64,000 bases of DNA from the human T2T-CHM13v2.0 reference genome, Homo sapiens: NCBI RefSeq assembly GCF_009914755.1, contig NC_060935.1. One strand, 5' to 3'. Position 1 is the stretch's first letter. Every line of letters starts with the position of its first letter. The notes under the pieces are model-generated. The model had not been told where the DNA came from. It did no database searches and was given only the letters and a program-made list of their open reading frames with translations. Positions 63,374 through 64,000 of the stretch are shown here, piece after piece. A program made the position numbers and the translations under genes.

Positions 63374-63853
63374 CAGTGGTTCTCAGAATCTAAGTGTGAA
63401 TCTGGGGAACTTAAAATATACTCATACATGAATCCCACCCCAGAATTTCTGTTTTAACTGGTCCAGGATATGGGATTGGCCTGGGCATTGGGATTTTATT
63501 TTATTTTATTTTAGAGATGGAGTCTCACTCTGTTGCCCAGGCTGGAGTGCAGTGGCACAATCTCGGCTCACCGTAACCCCCGCCTCCCAGATTCAAACGA
63601 TTCTCCCGCCTCAGCCTCCTGAGTAGCTGGGACTACATGCACATGCCACCACGCCCAGCTAATTTTTGTATTTTTTAGTAGAAATAGGGTTTCACCATGT
63701 TGGCCAGGCTGGTCTCAAACTCCTTACCTCAGGTGATCCACCCGCCTCAGCCTCCCAAAGTGCTAGGATTATAGGAGTGAACCACCGCGACTGGCTGGGA
63801 TTTTTTTCTAAAACCCTGGAATTCAAATGTGCAGCAGACATTGAGAAACCATG
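63374..63853. mobile_element. MER5-like hAT-Charlie MITE split by Alu
   Basis: cagtggttctca...ttgagaaaccatg termini. Confidence 0.65.
63499..63794 (-). mobile_element. AluS (Sx-like)
   Basis: Alu dimer with acctcaggtgatcc; TSD-like tgggatttt. Confidence 0.93.
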
Positions 63854-64000
63854 GTGTAGAGTTTAAACTGCTTAACATTTTAAATGAGATCCTTCATCAG
63901 ACCTGCTATGAGAAACATGATGCTATTTTCAATTAATGTAATCAGCGTGACAAGAAACCTAAAGAGAAGAGTCATAAATTATAATGACCACAGCTGTTAG

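Overview
This is primate (human-like) nuclear DNA made mostly of interspersed repeats. I see no protein-coding exon, RNA gene, CpG island or CRISPR array that I can support, so it reads as intergenic or deep-intronic. Main contents: a full-length but inactivated L1PA7-like element (+) nested in an older L1M; a near-full-length ancient L1MC-like element (-) carrying about seven nested insertions (MER47A, two AluJ, a 5'-truncated L1PA4/5-like element, an internally deleted L1PA8-like element and two non-TE inserts); an ERVL LTR plus gag remnant; a complete THE1C-like MaLR provirus with TSD; a three-level LTR16/MLT1B/L1 nest; nine Alus; Tigger and MER5 DNA transposons; many MIR/L2 fragments; a processed RPS27 pseudogene; and a GGAA microsatellite. 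The least ordinary signal is a set of short (108-226 bp), 94-98% identical local copies of nearby unique junctions. Two are inverted and one is direct, and each is pasted into an old L1 without a poly-A tail. A fold-back and iterated motif copies inside MER47A add to this. Together they look like fossil templated-insertion DNA repair scars. I found no evidence for a novel gene system. Subfamily names are from memory of consensus sequences and need RepeatMasker/Dfam confirmation, and boundaries of old repeats are approximate.
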